Made by a program: the position numbers and the translations under genes. Below, one piece after another: positions 8,802-17,665 of a stretch of 32,769 nt of DNA. The notes under the pieces were generated by a model. It was not told the DNA's origin, did not search any database, and was given only the letters and a program-made list of their open reading frames with translations. Position 1 is the stretch's first letter, and each line of letters opens with the position of its first letter. The DNA comes from Nitrospinaceae bacterium. Its GTDB lineage: Bacteria > Nitrospinota > Nitrospinia > Nitrospinales > VA-1. Location: the NCBI GenBank assembly GCA_046754465.1, contig JBHHVU010000035.1, positions 1 to 32,769 on the forward strand, written 5' to 3'.

Positions 8802-10301
8802 TCATTCTTCGTCATTGGAATCATTATCGAAATCGATTTCTTTTTTCCGGGACAAGATGTTTCCCAGATAATCGCGGGCCTGTTCCAGCACGGAAATATC
8901 ACTGTTATTGATCCTGTCCACGATGCCGAAATTGGGACCGATCAGGTCTCCCTCCTTGACGGTGTGGCCCTTGTTATCGTCGGTTTCCACCAAGGCCGCT
9001 TTTTCATTCTGCTTCCAGATAAAGCCGACCAGTTTCAGCGTGTCGTAATCTTTTTGGATCGGACTCTGAATGAGATTCGATTTGCGGCTGTTTGCGTCCT
9101 GGATCAGGTTTTTGTAATTCTGGACCGCTTGGATATATTCTTCCTGTTCCAGGCGGGCCAGCTTGTTGTTTTGGCTGAAAAGTTCGCCGTAATATTCCAG
9201 ATCGCTGTAGAGCTTGGGATTGTCCTCCCGGATTCTTTTAAACACTTCCAGGGGTATGGGTGGCAGGTTTCTCAGCTCATCTGCGAATTTGCGGAATTCC
9301 ATTTTGGCGTCATCCTTTAGATTTGCCGCCAGGACCCCTTCGAGAGGATCCACCAGGGGCTTGAACGGATCGCGCTTTTTGACAAAAATGTATCGCTGTC
9401 CGGGGGGGGCGATCTCATTCAACAGATCGGACGTGCCGTTGCCGGATTCGATTTCCTGAGCGATTTGGGAAAGGATGCGATCCATCTCCCGGGCGACATG
9501 TTTCATGGCCGCCTGGGTCCCAAGCGATAAGGATTGGAACAACCACCGGGCGGGCCGCGTTTCCGTGAAACGGACGTATTGGGCAAATTCCGCGTCCGTC
9601 AGGTCACGGTACGCATAAAGGATGGAGTGCAGGATTTCTTCCCTCAACGGCTCAAAGAGTTCCTCTTTCAGATCATGGACGATGGTGCGATAGGACTTGC
9701 CTTTGAATTGGTCGTTAAAGGGGAACAGAACGCGGATAAATGAAAGGGCCGTATCCAGGGTGAAATCCGTCATCTTCCTCGAACCTTCCAGTCGTTCCGC
9801 CAGGTCCAGGCGGGTTTTCGTCGGAGGAATGATTTGTAATCGATCCGTAAACCTCTTTTGTTCTGGGGTCGCCCCTTCGGTCAGGATCCGGATTTCTTGT
9901 TGAACAATTTTTTTCCCCGTGGACGATTGGTACCACCGGACCAGGGGAGGCACATAGGAGGTCTGGTAGGTTTTCCGCATTCTTTTCTTGACGGAGCGGA
10001 CCAGGTGCCCGGGTTCGTAGACCCGGTTCATGATGTTTTTGACCATCGTGATCTGTTCGGGCGGAATTTCGATCTGGCCGAGCGGGTCGCCGTACAGGAT
10101 GGCATCGAAATGGCGAATCAGCTGTCCGAGGCCGGATATCCGGAACAGTTTTTCGATGGATTTTTCTCGTTCCTTCAGAGCCTGTTTCGGGCTCGGGGGG
10201 CGTGCCGCCGCCAGTGCAGGGTCCCCGGCGACCGTTGCGGCGGCGATGAAAATCGTGATCAGGAGCCAGATGCCCGGTATTCGGTTGGATTTCAGATTCA
10301 T
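8802..10301 (-). CDS. pilP: PilP-domain protein fused to N-terminal DUF2059-like helical domain
   Basis: Lies between pilO and pilQ. C-terminal PilP motifs KRDPFKPL and LKLVGFIW..ALVE...GHTVKEGDLIGPNFGIV. N-terminal WYQSSTGKKI and YAYRDLTDAEFAQYVRF. Confidence 0.82.
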   Translation of the reverse strand: MNLKSNRIPGIWLLITIFIAAATVAGDPALAAARPPSPKQALKEREKSIEKLFRISGLGQLIRHFDAILYGDPLGQIEIPPEQITMVKNIMNRVYEPGHLVRSVKKRMRKTYQTSYVPPLVRWYQSSTGKKIVQQEIRILTEGATPEQKRFTDRLQIIPPTKTRLDLAERLEGSRKMTDFTLDTALSFIRVLFPFNDQFKGKSYRTIVHDLKEELFEPLREEILHSILYAYRDLTDAEFAQYVRFTETRPARWLFQSLSLGTQAAMKHVAREMDRILSQIAQEIESGNGTSDLLNEIAPPGQRYIFVKKRDPFKPLVDPLEGVLAANLKDDAKMEFRKFADELRNLPPIPLEVFKRIREDNPKLYSDLEYYGELFSQNNKLARLEQEEYIQAVQNYKNLIQDANSRKSNLIQSPIQKDYDTLKLVGFIWKQNEKAALVETDDNKGHTVKEGDLIGPNFGIVDRINNSDISVLEQARDYLGNILSRKKEIDFDNDSNDEE

Positions 10302-10316
10302 TCAGCCGGTCCGTTT

Positions 10317-10976
10317 TTAGGGTGATTTCTTATTTTTCCCCGCCGCGGTCTTTTCCTCCGCGCCCTGGACATAGGCGTAAGTATTGGCCACGAAATCGGT
10401 AAGTAGCATCAATCGAGTATGGGTTTTGCCCTCGGCTCCCTCGGGAACTTGAACTTTTTGCAGCCGCATGTTGAGATCGTTAAAGCTAACGAGTTGCAGG
10501 AGGTTTTGCATCCGATCGAGGAAATCCAGCGTGTCCCAAAAAGACCCGCGCATTTGGATGGCGACGGGAATCTCCTTGTAGTAATCGCGGACCTTGCCCT
10601 CATTGAGTTGGAACCTTACGATATCAAAATCCCCCCGCGCGGCGCCAAAATCGGCCACTTTCCTTAACAGGTCGGGCATCTCTTTTTCCTTGGGCATTTG
10701 TTTCTTCATGGCGTCGAGACGGCCCACGTTCCGCGCCAGTTCTTTCGCGATGGGTTCCTTCTTCTTGACGAGCTTCTTATACCTTTTGAGTTTGCGTTCC
10801 GTGGAATTTTTTTTCTTTTCCAGTTTAACGATTTCCTCGTGGCCTGTTTGAAACAGGGTAAAGTAGTAGCCCGTGCCCAGAAGAACGCCAATACCCGCCG
10901 CCCCCAGAAGGAGGTGGATGAATTTCAATCCTTCCAGGATATCGTAAGGTAACTTGTCGAAAAGTTTTTCCAGCAT
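10317..10976 (-). CDS. pilO: Type IV pilus alignment protein PilO
   Basis: N-terminal TM, coiled coil, QMPKEKEMPDLL, YYKEIPVAIQMRGSF, operon position. Confidence 0.92.
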   Translation of the reverse strand: MLEKLFDKLPYDILEGLKFIHLLLGAAGIGVLLGTGYYFTLFQTGHEEIVKLEKKKNSTERKLKRYKKLVKKKEPIAKELARNVGRLDAMKKQMPKEKEMPDLLRKVADFGAARGDFDIVRFQLNEGKVRDYYKEIPVAIQMRGSFWDTLDFLDRMQNLLQLVSFNDLNMRLQKVQVPEGAEGKTHTRLMLLTDFVANTYAYVQGAEEKTAAGKNKKSP

Positions 10977-10980
10977 GGGT

Positions 10981-11634
10981 TCAGGCGGTCACTTTCTTGT
11001 TGTCCGAGGGCATATAACAGTAGATGGTGAATTTTCTTACCTGGGTGGTGCCCAGGTAGGTCTGTTCCGTTTTGTAGAGGAAAACCATTTTGAAATAGGG
11101 AAGCTCCTCCAACCGCTCGATGAAACGGACGATGGCTTGATCCTTGAGGGCATTCCCGCTGATCACCATGAATTCGTGTGGTTCTTTTCCCGGTTTTTTC
11201 GGCTTTTTCTTCTTGTCCGGGTCGTCGAAAAAGATGACGGGAATTTTTTTCTTATCCAGCTCGCTCCGCCTACTTTGCTGAATATTGGTCAGCCAGATTT
11301 CCTTGGGCAGTTGCCCGTCGAGATCGCTGAGAATTTGCGTGGCTGGCAATTGTTTGACTCGCAGCTTCTCGATGCCGGAAATGATGGAGGTGATCCGCTT
11401 CTTTTTCACCTGCATGCTCTTAACCAGTTTCACGGTGTCTTGGAGGGCGCGAACCTGGGCATCCAATCCCGCGATTTCAAGCTTTATGCGGCCGATCTTG
11501 TCCTGCTGGATCATCCAACTGGCGAGAATGATCCCAATCGAGGCCAGCACCACGGCCCCGGCCTTGAGGACCTGTTTTTGAATTTTGATCCGTCTTAATT
11601 CGTCCCGGTAATCGAGGAGGTTGATTTTAATCAT
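10981..11634 (-). CDS. pilN: Type IV pilus alignment protein PilN
   Basis: MIKINLL PilM-binding motif, TM, coiled coil, LPKEIWLT. Confidence 0.93.
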   Translation of the reverse strand: MIKINLLDYRDELRRIKIQKQVLKAGAVVLASIGIILASWMIQQDKIGRIKLEIAGLDAQVRALQDTVKLVKSMQVKKKRITSIISGIEKLRVKQLPATQILSDLDGQLPKEIWLTNIQQSRRSELDKKKIPVIFFDDPDKKKKPKKPGKEPHEFMVISGNALKDQAIVRFIERLEELPYFKMVFLYKTEQTYLGTTQVRKFTIYCYMPSDNKKVTA

Positions 11635-12719
11635 TTGTAATCGAACCTCCGGGTGGCGAGGCCCATCACCACGGCCGATAAGGGCGCCATTTGGTTGAGG
11701 GTATCCTTGTCGAATTTCCGGTGGTTGACCTGTATCCCCTTCAGGGGATTGAGGATTTCGACCGGGATTTCCAGCTTCCGGGAGAACAATCCATCCACCC
11801 CTGGGACCAGGGCTCCGCCGCCGCTCAAAAAGACACGGTCGATCGGGCTGTTGGAGGTGGTGGTGTAAATTTCAAAGGACTTTTCCACTTCCTCGAGAAT
11901 TTTTTCAAGCGATTGAACGATGATTTCGACGACGGATTCGTTGTTTATCTCGGCGGGCAGGGTGCCGGACTTGATTTCCGGAGTCTGCTTGTAGGGCACT
12001 TTCAGTTTGGACATCAGTTTCCGGGTGCAGGCCCCGCCTCCCAGGGGAATATCCCGGGTATAGGCGGTGAGCCCGTTCTGAAGAATGTTCAGATGGGAAT
12101 AGGATTCCCCGAGGTCCAGGACCGCTACCGCGCCCATGGAGGTCAGAGGGGTGCCTAGCTCGATGGCGTTGGCCATCGCGAATACATCGAGGTCGATGAT
12201 GGCCGGCCGCAGACCCGCTTCGAATAAAATATCGGTCCGGCTTTCGATGGTTTCGTTCTGGACCGCGACCAGAAGAATTTCCATCTTGTTGCCAGTGTCT
12301 TCAGCGTTTTCCTTGTCTTTCCCGGATTTCTTTTCCTCCGTCGGCAAGATTTGAAAATCGATGCTCACGTCATCGATGTCGAAGGGAATGTATTGTTCCG
12401 CTTCCTGCTGAATATTGTCCGCCAGCTCTTCCTTGGTCATTCGGGGCACCCGGATTTTCTTGATGATCACCGCTTCCCCGGCGATCGAGGCCACAACATA
12501 TTTGGTATCGATCTTTTCCGCCTTGATCAATCGGGTCAGGGTTTCCACCACTTCTTCCTGCCTTTTGATCACCCCGTCGACGATACAATTCTCTTTCAAG
12601 GGCATCATCCCGAATTTCAGCAATTCGAATTTGTCGCCGGTTTTCGCCAACTGGGCCAGTTTTACCGAGTAAGTTCCGATATCCACCGCGATCAATGGAG
12701 TTTTATTTGAAAGAAACAT
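11631..12719 (-). CDS. pilM: Type IV pilus assembly protein PilM (actin-like)
   Basis: IAVDIGTYSVK, EAEQYIPFDIDDVSIDF, LDLGES, VFLSGGG, GLATR. Confidence 0.96.
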   Translation of the reverse strand: MFLSNKTPLIAVDIGTYSVKLAQLAKTGDKFELLKFGMMPLKENCIVDGVIKRQEEVVETLTRLIKAEKIDTKYVVASIAGEAVIIKKIRVPRMTKEELADNIQQEAEQYIPFDIDDVSIDFQILPTEEKKSGKDKENAEDTGNKMEILLVAVQNETIESRTDILFEAGLRPAIIDLDVFAMANAIELGTPLTSMGAVAVLDLGESYSHLNILQNGLTAYTRDIPLGGGACTRKLMSKLKVPYKQTPEIKSGTLPAEINNESVVEIIVQSLEKILEEVEKSFEIYTTTSNSPIDRVFLSGGGALVPGVDGLFSRKLEIPVEILNPLKGIQVNHRKFDKDTLNQMAPLSAVVMGLATRRFDYK

Positions 12720-13006
12720 TTAATTTCCTGAAGGATTTCCGGCCTTGGTGGAGTTTGGATGTCCTGGATCAATCATGGTTTTGAATTGGAGGATACTTGT
12801 AAGTGAGCAAACACTATACCAAACCGGCTCATATTCGAAATTCGTTGAATTTTGGATGGTTACCGTTTGGCTGCCCTGGGAAGGGGATAAAAAGTGAATG
12901 ATATTGTTACCACGGGTTATAAAAAATTCACCGTTTGCCCTGGAAACCGGCGCCTCCCCGGCAGCCCCCATTTTCGTTGAATTCCCGCCCCGGCCCGGAC
13001 CTTCAA

Positions 13007-13276
13007 TTATTTGGATTCACCGCTCTTTTTGCCCCGGCCGCGAGATTTTTCCCCGTCCTTGGTTTTGGTTCCATAATTCTCGGAAAATATGGAGGACCGG
13101 TCCGCCAATTTATAGCCCAAGGCCAGAATAATTTTCCGTTTCGTATCCAACCGGCAATCATTCCCTTTTTCAATGCGATCGATCGTCTGCACTGTCACGT
13201 TGGCTTTGCGTGCCAGTTCCGCCTTGCTCATCATTTTGGATTCCCTGATTTGTCGGACGCAATTGGTCTTCGACAC
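13007..13276 (-). CDS. XRE/Cro-family helix-turn-helix regulator upstream of pilM
   Basis: VRQIRESKMMSKAELARKANVTVQTIDRIEKG...DTKRKIILALG. GTG start with SD AAGGAGGAG. Confidence 0.88.
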   Translation of the reverse strand: MSKTNCVRQIRESKMMSKAELARKANVTVQTIDRIEKGNDCRLDTKRKIILALGYKLADRSSIFSENYGTKTKDGEKSRGRGKKSGESK

Positions 13277-13354
13277 GGTACAACTCCTCCTTTAAGTTGG
13301 TTTGGAATTAATAAAATAATTCACATTCGGACCATTTTTTATGGAATAAAATAA

Positions 13355-13383
13355 AGAGTATTCTAAGTTTGGGGGTTTGTCAA
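13355..13383 (-). promoter_or_regulatory. Putative sigma70 promoter (TTGACA-N17-TACTCT) for the XRE gene
   Basis: Perfect -35 at 13383-13378, 17-nt spacer, AT-rich upstream tract. Confidence 0.5.
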
Positions 13384-13607
13384 CAAAGTTTTTATTATTA
13401 AATATAATATCATAAAATTTATTATTTTTATTATGAATTTATATAAATTTTATGTCTCCCAATCCCCCTTTTAACCTGGGGGGAGGGGCTTGAATCCCGG
13501 GGATTCCGGGAAACCGCACAAAAGCTTACTTCCGGCATCAGGGGTTTTCCGGCCCTTTGTTAAATGCGGCTTGAATATCAGGGAGATATCGCTTAAATTC
13601 GGCTTCT

Positions 13608-14942
13608 ATGAAACAGGTTTATATGGATACCTTTGGCTGCCAGATGAATGTGGCGGATTCGGACCGCATGGAGCTTTTGCTGTTCCATTCTGGATATATG
13701 CGGACCCCGCACCGGGAGGATGCCGATTTGATCCTGGTCAATACCTGTTCAGTGCGGGAGAAGGCGGAGCAGAAAATCTTTTCCTTATTTGGCGGCATGA
13801 AACCTTTAAAGGAGGCCAACCCGGATCTGATCCTCGGTCTCACGGGGTGCCTGGCCCAACAGGATGGGAAGCGGCTTTTGCGGCGCATCCCTTTTCTGGA
13901 TTTCATCATGGGGCCGGATCATATCGAGGACCTTCCCCTTGCGGTGGACCGGGTCCGGTCCACCGGCGAACCCCTGGTATGGACGGATTTTGATAAGGCA
14001 AAGCATTATTCCCTGCCGGAGTTGGGTGGGCCGCCATTGAAGGATCCGGGACCCAGCGCGTTTGTGAACATCATCAAAGGGTGCGATAAGTTTTGCAGCT
14101 TTTGCGTGGTTCCTTTCACGCGGGGGCGGGAAAAGTCACGGGAGGCGGAGGAAATCTATCGGGAAATCCGGCAACTGGTCAGCCGCGGCGCGAAGGAGAT
14201 CATTCTCCTGGGCCAGAACGTGAACGCTTATGGGAAACGCGGTTTGGTGAAACCGGTGTCGTTTCATGAGCTGCTTTACCGCATCGCGGAGATTCCCGGA
14301 GTCACGAGACTCCGTTTTACCACGAGTTATCCCAGAGATTTCACGCGGGAGCTTATCAAGGCCTACCGAGAAATCGATATTCTGATGAATCATCTTCACT
14401 TGCCGGTCCAGAGCGGCAGCGACCGCATTCTTCAGGAGATGCGCCGGAGCCATACGGCGGCGGAGTACCTCGGCCTGATCGGGGAACTCAAATCGGCCGT
14501 GCCAGATATCGCCCTTTCGACCGATATCATCGTCGGGTTCCCGGGGGAAACGGAGAGCGAATTCGAGGACACCTTGAAATTAATGGAAAAGGCGGAATTT
14601 AGCAGCAGCTTCATGTTTCGATACAGTCCGCGCCCGGGCACTCCAGCGGCGGATATCCCGGATACCGTGCCCGAATCCGTCAAACAGGATCGCCTGCAAA
14701 GGACCATTGCGTTTCAGGATGAGCTCACCCGCAACACGGGAAAAACGTTTCTCGGAAAAGAGGTGGAGGTCTTGATCGAAGGGCGCACCTCGCGCCATGG
14801 CGCCGACCTTAAAGGCCGCAACCCCCAGTACTGGAGGGTCAATTTCAAGGGCGACCTGGAGGTTTTGAAACCGGGGGATTTGGTGCGGGTGAAGGTGGAG
14901 GACGTTTCCGGCCACGCCTTGAATGGCAGGGCTTTGCCCTAG
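13608..14942 (+). CDS. miaB: tRNA i6A37 methylthiotransferase
   Basis: TFGCQMN, NTCSVREKAE, GCLAQ, radical-SAM GCDKFCSFC, LLGQNVNAY, STDIIVGFPGET, C-terminal TRAM domain. Confidence 0.96.
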   Translation: MKQVYMDTFGCQMNVADSDRMELLLFHSGYMRTPHREDADLILVNTCSVREKAEQKIFSLFGGMKPLKEANPDLILGLTGCLAQQDGKRLLRRIPFLDFIMGPDHIEDLPLAVDRVRSTGEPLVWTDFDKAKHYSLPELGGPPLKDPGPSAFVNIIKGCDKFCSFCVVPFTRGREKSREAEEIYREIRQLVSRGAKEIILLGQNVNAYGKRGLVKPVSFHELLYRIAEIPGVTRLRFTTSYPRDFTRELIKAYREIDILMNHLHLPVQSGSDRILQEMRRSHTAAEYLGLIGELKSAVPDIALSTDIIVGFPGETESEFEDTLKLMEKAEFSSSFMFRYSPRPGTPAADIPDTVPESVKQDRLQRTIAFQDELTRNTGKTFLGKEVEVLIEGRTSRHGADLKGRNPQYWRVNFKGDLEVLKPGDLVRVKVEDVSGHALNGRALP

Positions 14943-16384
14943 AAAATTCCCAGCCGGAAATAAATTTCCTCTTCCAGCTGGTGCAAATGGGGAAGGATGA
15001 TTTTGAGCGCCAGTCGGACATCGCGGAAGAACTTCAAATCGGGGGAACGCCCCCGGTCCGAAAACCGTTTGAGCGTTTCGGTGCAAAAATGATCCAGATC
15101 GATGATCTGGTTCAACAAATCCACGGGCAGGTCTTCCAATCCCACCTCTTGCGATTCCAGGAACCGCAAAATTCCAATCAGGCTCAGTTTGACCTCAACA
15201 GTTTTGTCCCGCAAATCGGAGATGAGCTTCGATTCGGGGGTTTTGAGATCCTCGCAGATCTGGTACAGGATTTTTCTCAAGCGCTGATAGAACGCGTTAT
15301 GTTGTTTCTGGTCGTGAAACAGTTTTCCCTCGCCGCCGAACAGGAGATAAAACACCACCTCGACCTTGAATTTGTCCGAGGCCATGACCGTGTACAGGAT
15401 GGATATGAACTCCCATTCGTGAAAGGCCAGGCCCAGGTCTTGAAATATTTCCTCGAGAGATCCCTTCTCTCCCTGCGGAGTCTTGCGCGATTCCTCCCGG
15501 ACGATCCGCGAGGGTTCGGACTTCCAGGCCGGAACCAGCTGGACGCTGCCCTCGCAATTCACCACCGTCAATTCTTTTAACGATTCCATGAAATCGGTCA
15601 GGCAAAAAGCCGGAACATCCAGGAATTTCTCCTCCACCGAGAAAAACCCGCGCAGGATCTGTTTTTCCAGGCTGGACGAGGCGAACGCCTCGTCCTCGCA
15701 TAACCGGGAAAGGACCGACTCCAGCGCCAGGTGAAGGGAACGGTTTTTCAGGAGGCCCGCCCGCATCTCTTTCCTGGGACAGGGACGCAGTTGAAATACA
15801 CCCCGTTGGTAATCCAGGAGTTTCATGTGCATCACATCGCCCGTTTTGCATTTGAATTTTCTGAACAGGGCTTCCATATCCCAAACCGTGGTGACCATGG
15901 AGCTTTTTCCAGGCATCCATTCGTTGACATTGATCTCACCCGGAAAATGGTATTCACCGGAGTATTGATAAAAATGGATCACCTCTTCGATGAAGAAGGT
16001 TTTTTTCCTTTTCGGGATCTCGTTTCCCTCCGGATCCAGAAAAGTCACATCGTTTTCTTTCCAGTTTCTGGAGAGGAAGGGAATCATCCGGTGACCGGGA
16101 ACAAAGATTTTTTGTTTGATTTCAAAATTTCCCAGGTGAATGGCGAGGGGAAGGTGACCGATCTTTTCCAGCACCGCCTGGCAGGGAAGAAAATCCTCGC
16201 TATCGGTTCCAATGATGCAGTCGTGATCGGTCAACTGGCGTTTCAAACGGTCCAGGGTGGTCTTGGAGATTTTTCTGCGCCACCGTTCCTGAATTTTTTT
16301 AGCGAGGTCTTCCGCGGTAAAAGGGGCGCGGGATTCACGAATCAGGTGATCGATCAAAGTCTGCAAAGAGGGTTTTCGTGGCAT
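14939..16384 (-). CDS. Hypothetical soluble protein (~481 aa)
   Basis: Long protein-like ORF converging on miaB with a shared CTAG. Start uncertain: ATG 16384 preferred, ORF open to 16495. Confidence 0.75.
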   Translation of the reverse strand: MPRKPSLQTLIDHLIRESRAPFTAEDLAKKIQERWRRKISKTTLDRLKRQLTDHDCIIGTDSEDFLPCQAVLEKIGHLPLAIHLGNFEIKQKIFVPGHRMIPFLSRNWKENDVTFLDPEGNEIPKRKKTFFIEEVIHFYQYSGEYHFPGEINVNEWMPGKSSMVTTVWDMEALFRKFKCKTGDVMHMKLLDYQRGVFQLRPCPRKEMRAGLLKNRSLHLALESVLSRLCEDEAFASSSLEKQILRGFFSVEEKFLDVPAFCLTDFMESLKELTVVNCEGSVQLVPAWKSEPSRIVREESRKTPQGEKGSLEEIFQDLGLAFHEWEFISILYTVMASDKFKVEVVFYLLFGGEGKLFHDQKQHNAFYQRLRKILYQICEDLKTPESKLISDLRDKTVEVKLSLIGILRFLESQEVGLEDLPVDLLNQIIDLDHFCTETLKRFSDRGRSPDLKFFRDVRLALKIILPHLHQLEEEIYFRLGIF

Positions 16385-16751
16385 GGGAAACTCAGGGACA
16401 GGTGGAAGGATTTTTTCCGATTTTAAATGGATGGAAAGCAGAACCGGCAAAACGGCCATGGAAGATAAAACGCCACTCAGAGGTTTTCGGCCCACCGAGG
16501 ATACTGCGATGGGATTTCATCCGATTTTCGGGAAGAGGGTTTTCCACCACCCAGCGCCTCCCCCTCAAATGACAGGAGGCAGGGTAGCATAATTTTTCAT
16601 TCCGTGTGAAAATTTTTTGCACTGGGATCTCCCGTGGTTTTTATGCATCAAATTATTTGATTTTGCCTCGGGGCGAAGCTATCCTTTAGAAGAGATCCTC
16701 TTTACATTTATTTCATAATGGTGATTCACCATAAGCAGTAGGAGTTGTCTC

Positions 16752-17003
16752 ATGGCACTTAATTTGGAACCGGTTTACCGGCAAATTTTCGAAAAATTCA
16801 AGACCCGGAAAAAGTTCGTGATCAAATGCGTGGAAAACAATGTCCTGACCGTGGAGCAGGACGAGGAAATCTGCGGCCAAAAAGAACCGCGCCGATTCGA
16901 ATTTAAAAGTCCCAGAGAGTTCGAGGAATTTGTCCGCCAGGAAAATCAGTTCGAGCAGGATATCATCAAACAACTTAGCGGCAATCAAATGCCCTACCGT
17001 TAG
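16752..17003 (+). CDS. Small hypothetical protein (83 aa)
   Basis: SD AGGAG 7 nt before the ATG. Candidate promoter TTGATT-N17-TATCCT at 16657-16685. Charged, globular-looking sequence. Confidence 0.75.
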   Translation: MALNLEPVYRQIFEKFKTRKKFVIKCVENNVLTVEQDEEICGQKEPRRFEFKSPREFEEFVRQENQFEQDIIKQLSGNQMPYR

Positions 17004-17052
17004 CGGGGAAAGAAAGAATTGAACCCGGTTTCCCGGGGAAAGCGCGGGGGCT

Positions 17053-17652
17053 TTATTTTTTGAGGATCCAGTTCCCGTCCTCGGTCTGGATTTTTTCTCC
17101 CGGCTTGGCGTTGTCCCGGTTGAGGCTGGCAAAAATTTTCTGCACCTTGGGAAGGTCTCCGTCCGAAAACGCCTCGTTCGTCGCGACCGTCCGCCGGAGG
17201 ATGGCCAGGCGGTCCTGGTTTTCCTCACCGATGATGGTTTGGACGAATTTTTTGAACTGGGCGTCGTTTTGGGTGCGCTCGTTATCAAAGAAAACCAGCA
17301 ATCCATCTTTTCCCTCCCCCGCTGCGCCGATCTCCTTGAACATCTGAATATCATCCCGGTTAAATTCCTGGCGCTGCATGGCGCGGATGGCCTTCAGCTT
17401 TCCGGGCGGGATTTGGGCCACCCGTTTCAATTTTCCCTCCTCGTCCACCGAGCGCACGGAGGCCAGAAGCAGTATCTCATTGCCCAGTTCTTCGTAGCTT
17501 CCGAGGATCTGGTTCTCCAGAGCTGTCTTCTGATCAACGATGGTGACGTCGACGCCCACCAGTTTCCCGCAGGCGGAAATCCAGATCGCCCCGCAAAGCG
17601 CCATTCCGAGTCTAAAAAACCGGGTGCCTTTTGTTGCCAAAAATTTTTTCAT
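17053..17652 (-). CDS. DUF1318/YdbL-like lipoprotein
   Basis: Lipobox-like WISAC after a hydrophobic stretch, KTALENQILG, GAAGEGKDGLL, EENQDR, AKPGEKIQTEDGNW. ATG 17652 lies 13 nt after the fabF stop. Confidence 0.8.
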   Translation of the reverse strand: MKKFLATKGTRFFRLGMALCGAIWISACGKLVGVDVTIVDQKTALENQILGSYEELGNEILLLASVRSVDEEGKLKRVAQIPPGKLKAIRAMQRQEFNRDDIQMFKEIGAAGEGKDGLLVFFDNERTQNDAQFKKFVQTIIGEENQDRLAILRRTVATNEAFSDGDLPKVQKIFASLNRDNAKPGEKIQTEDGNWILKK

Positions 17653-17665
17653 CGGGGCTGTCCTC

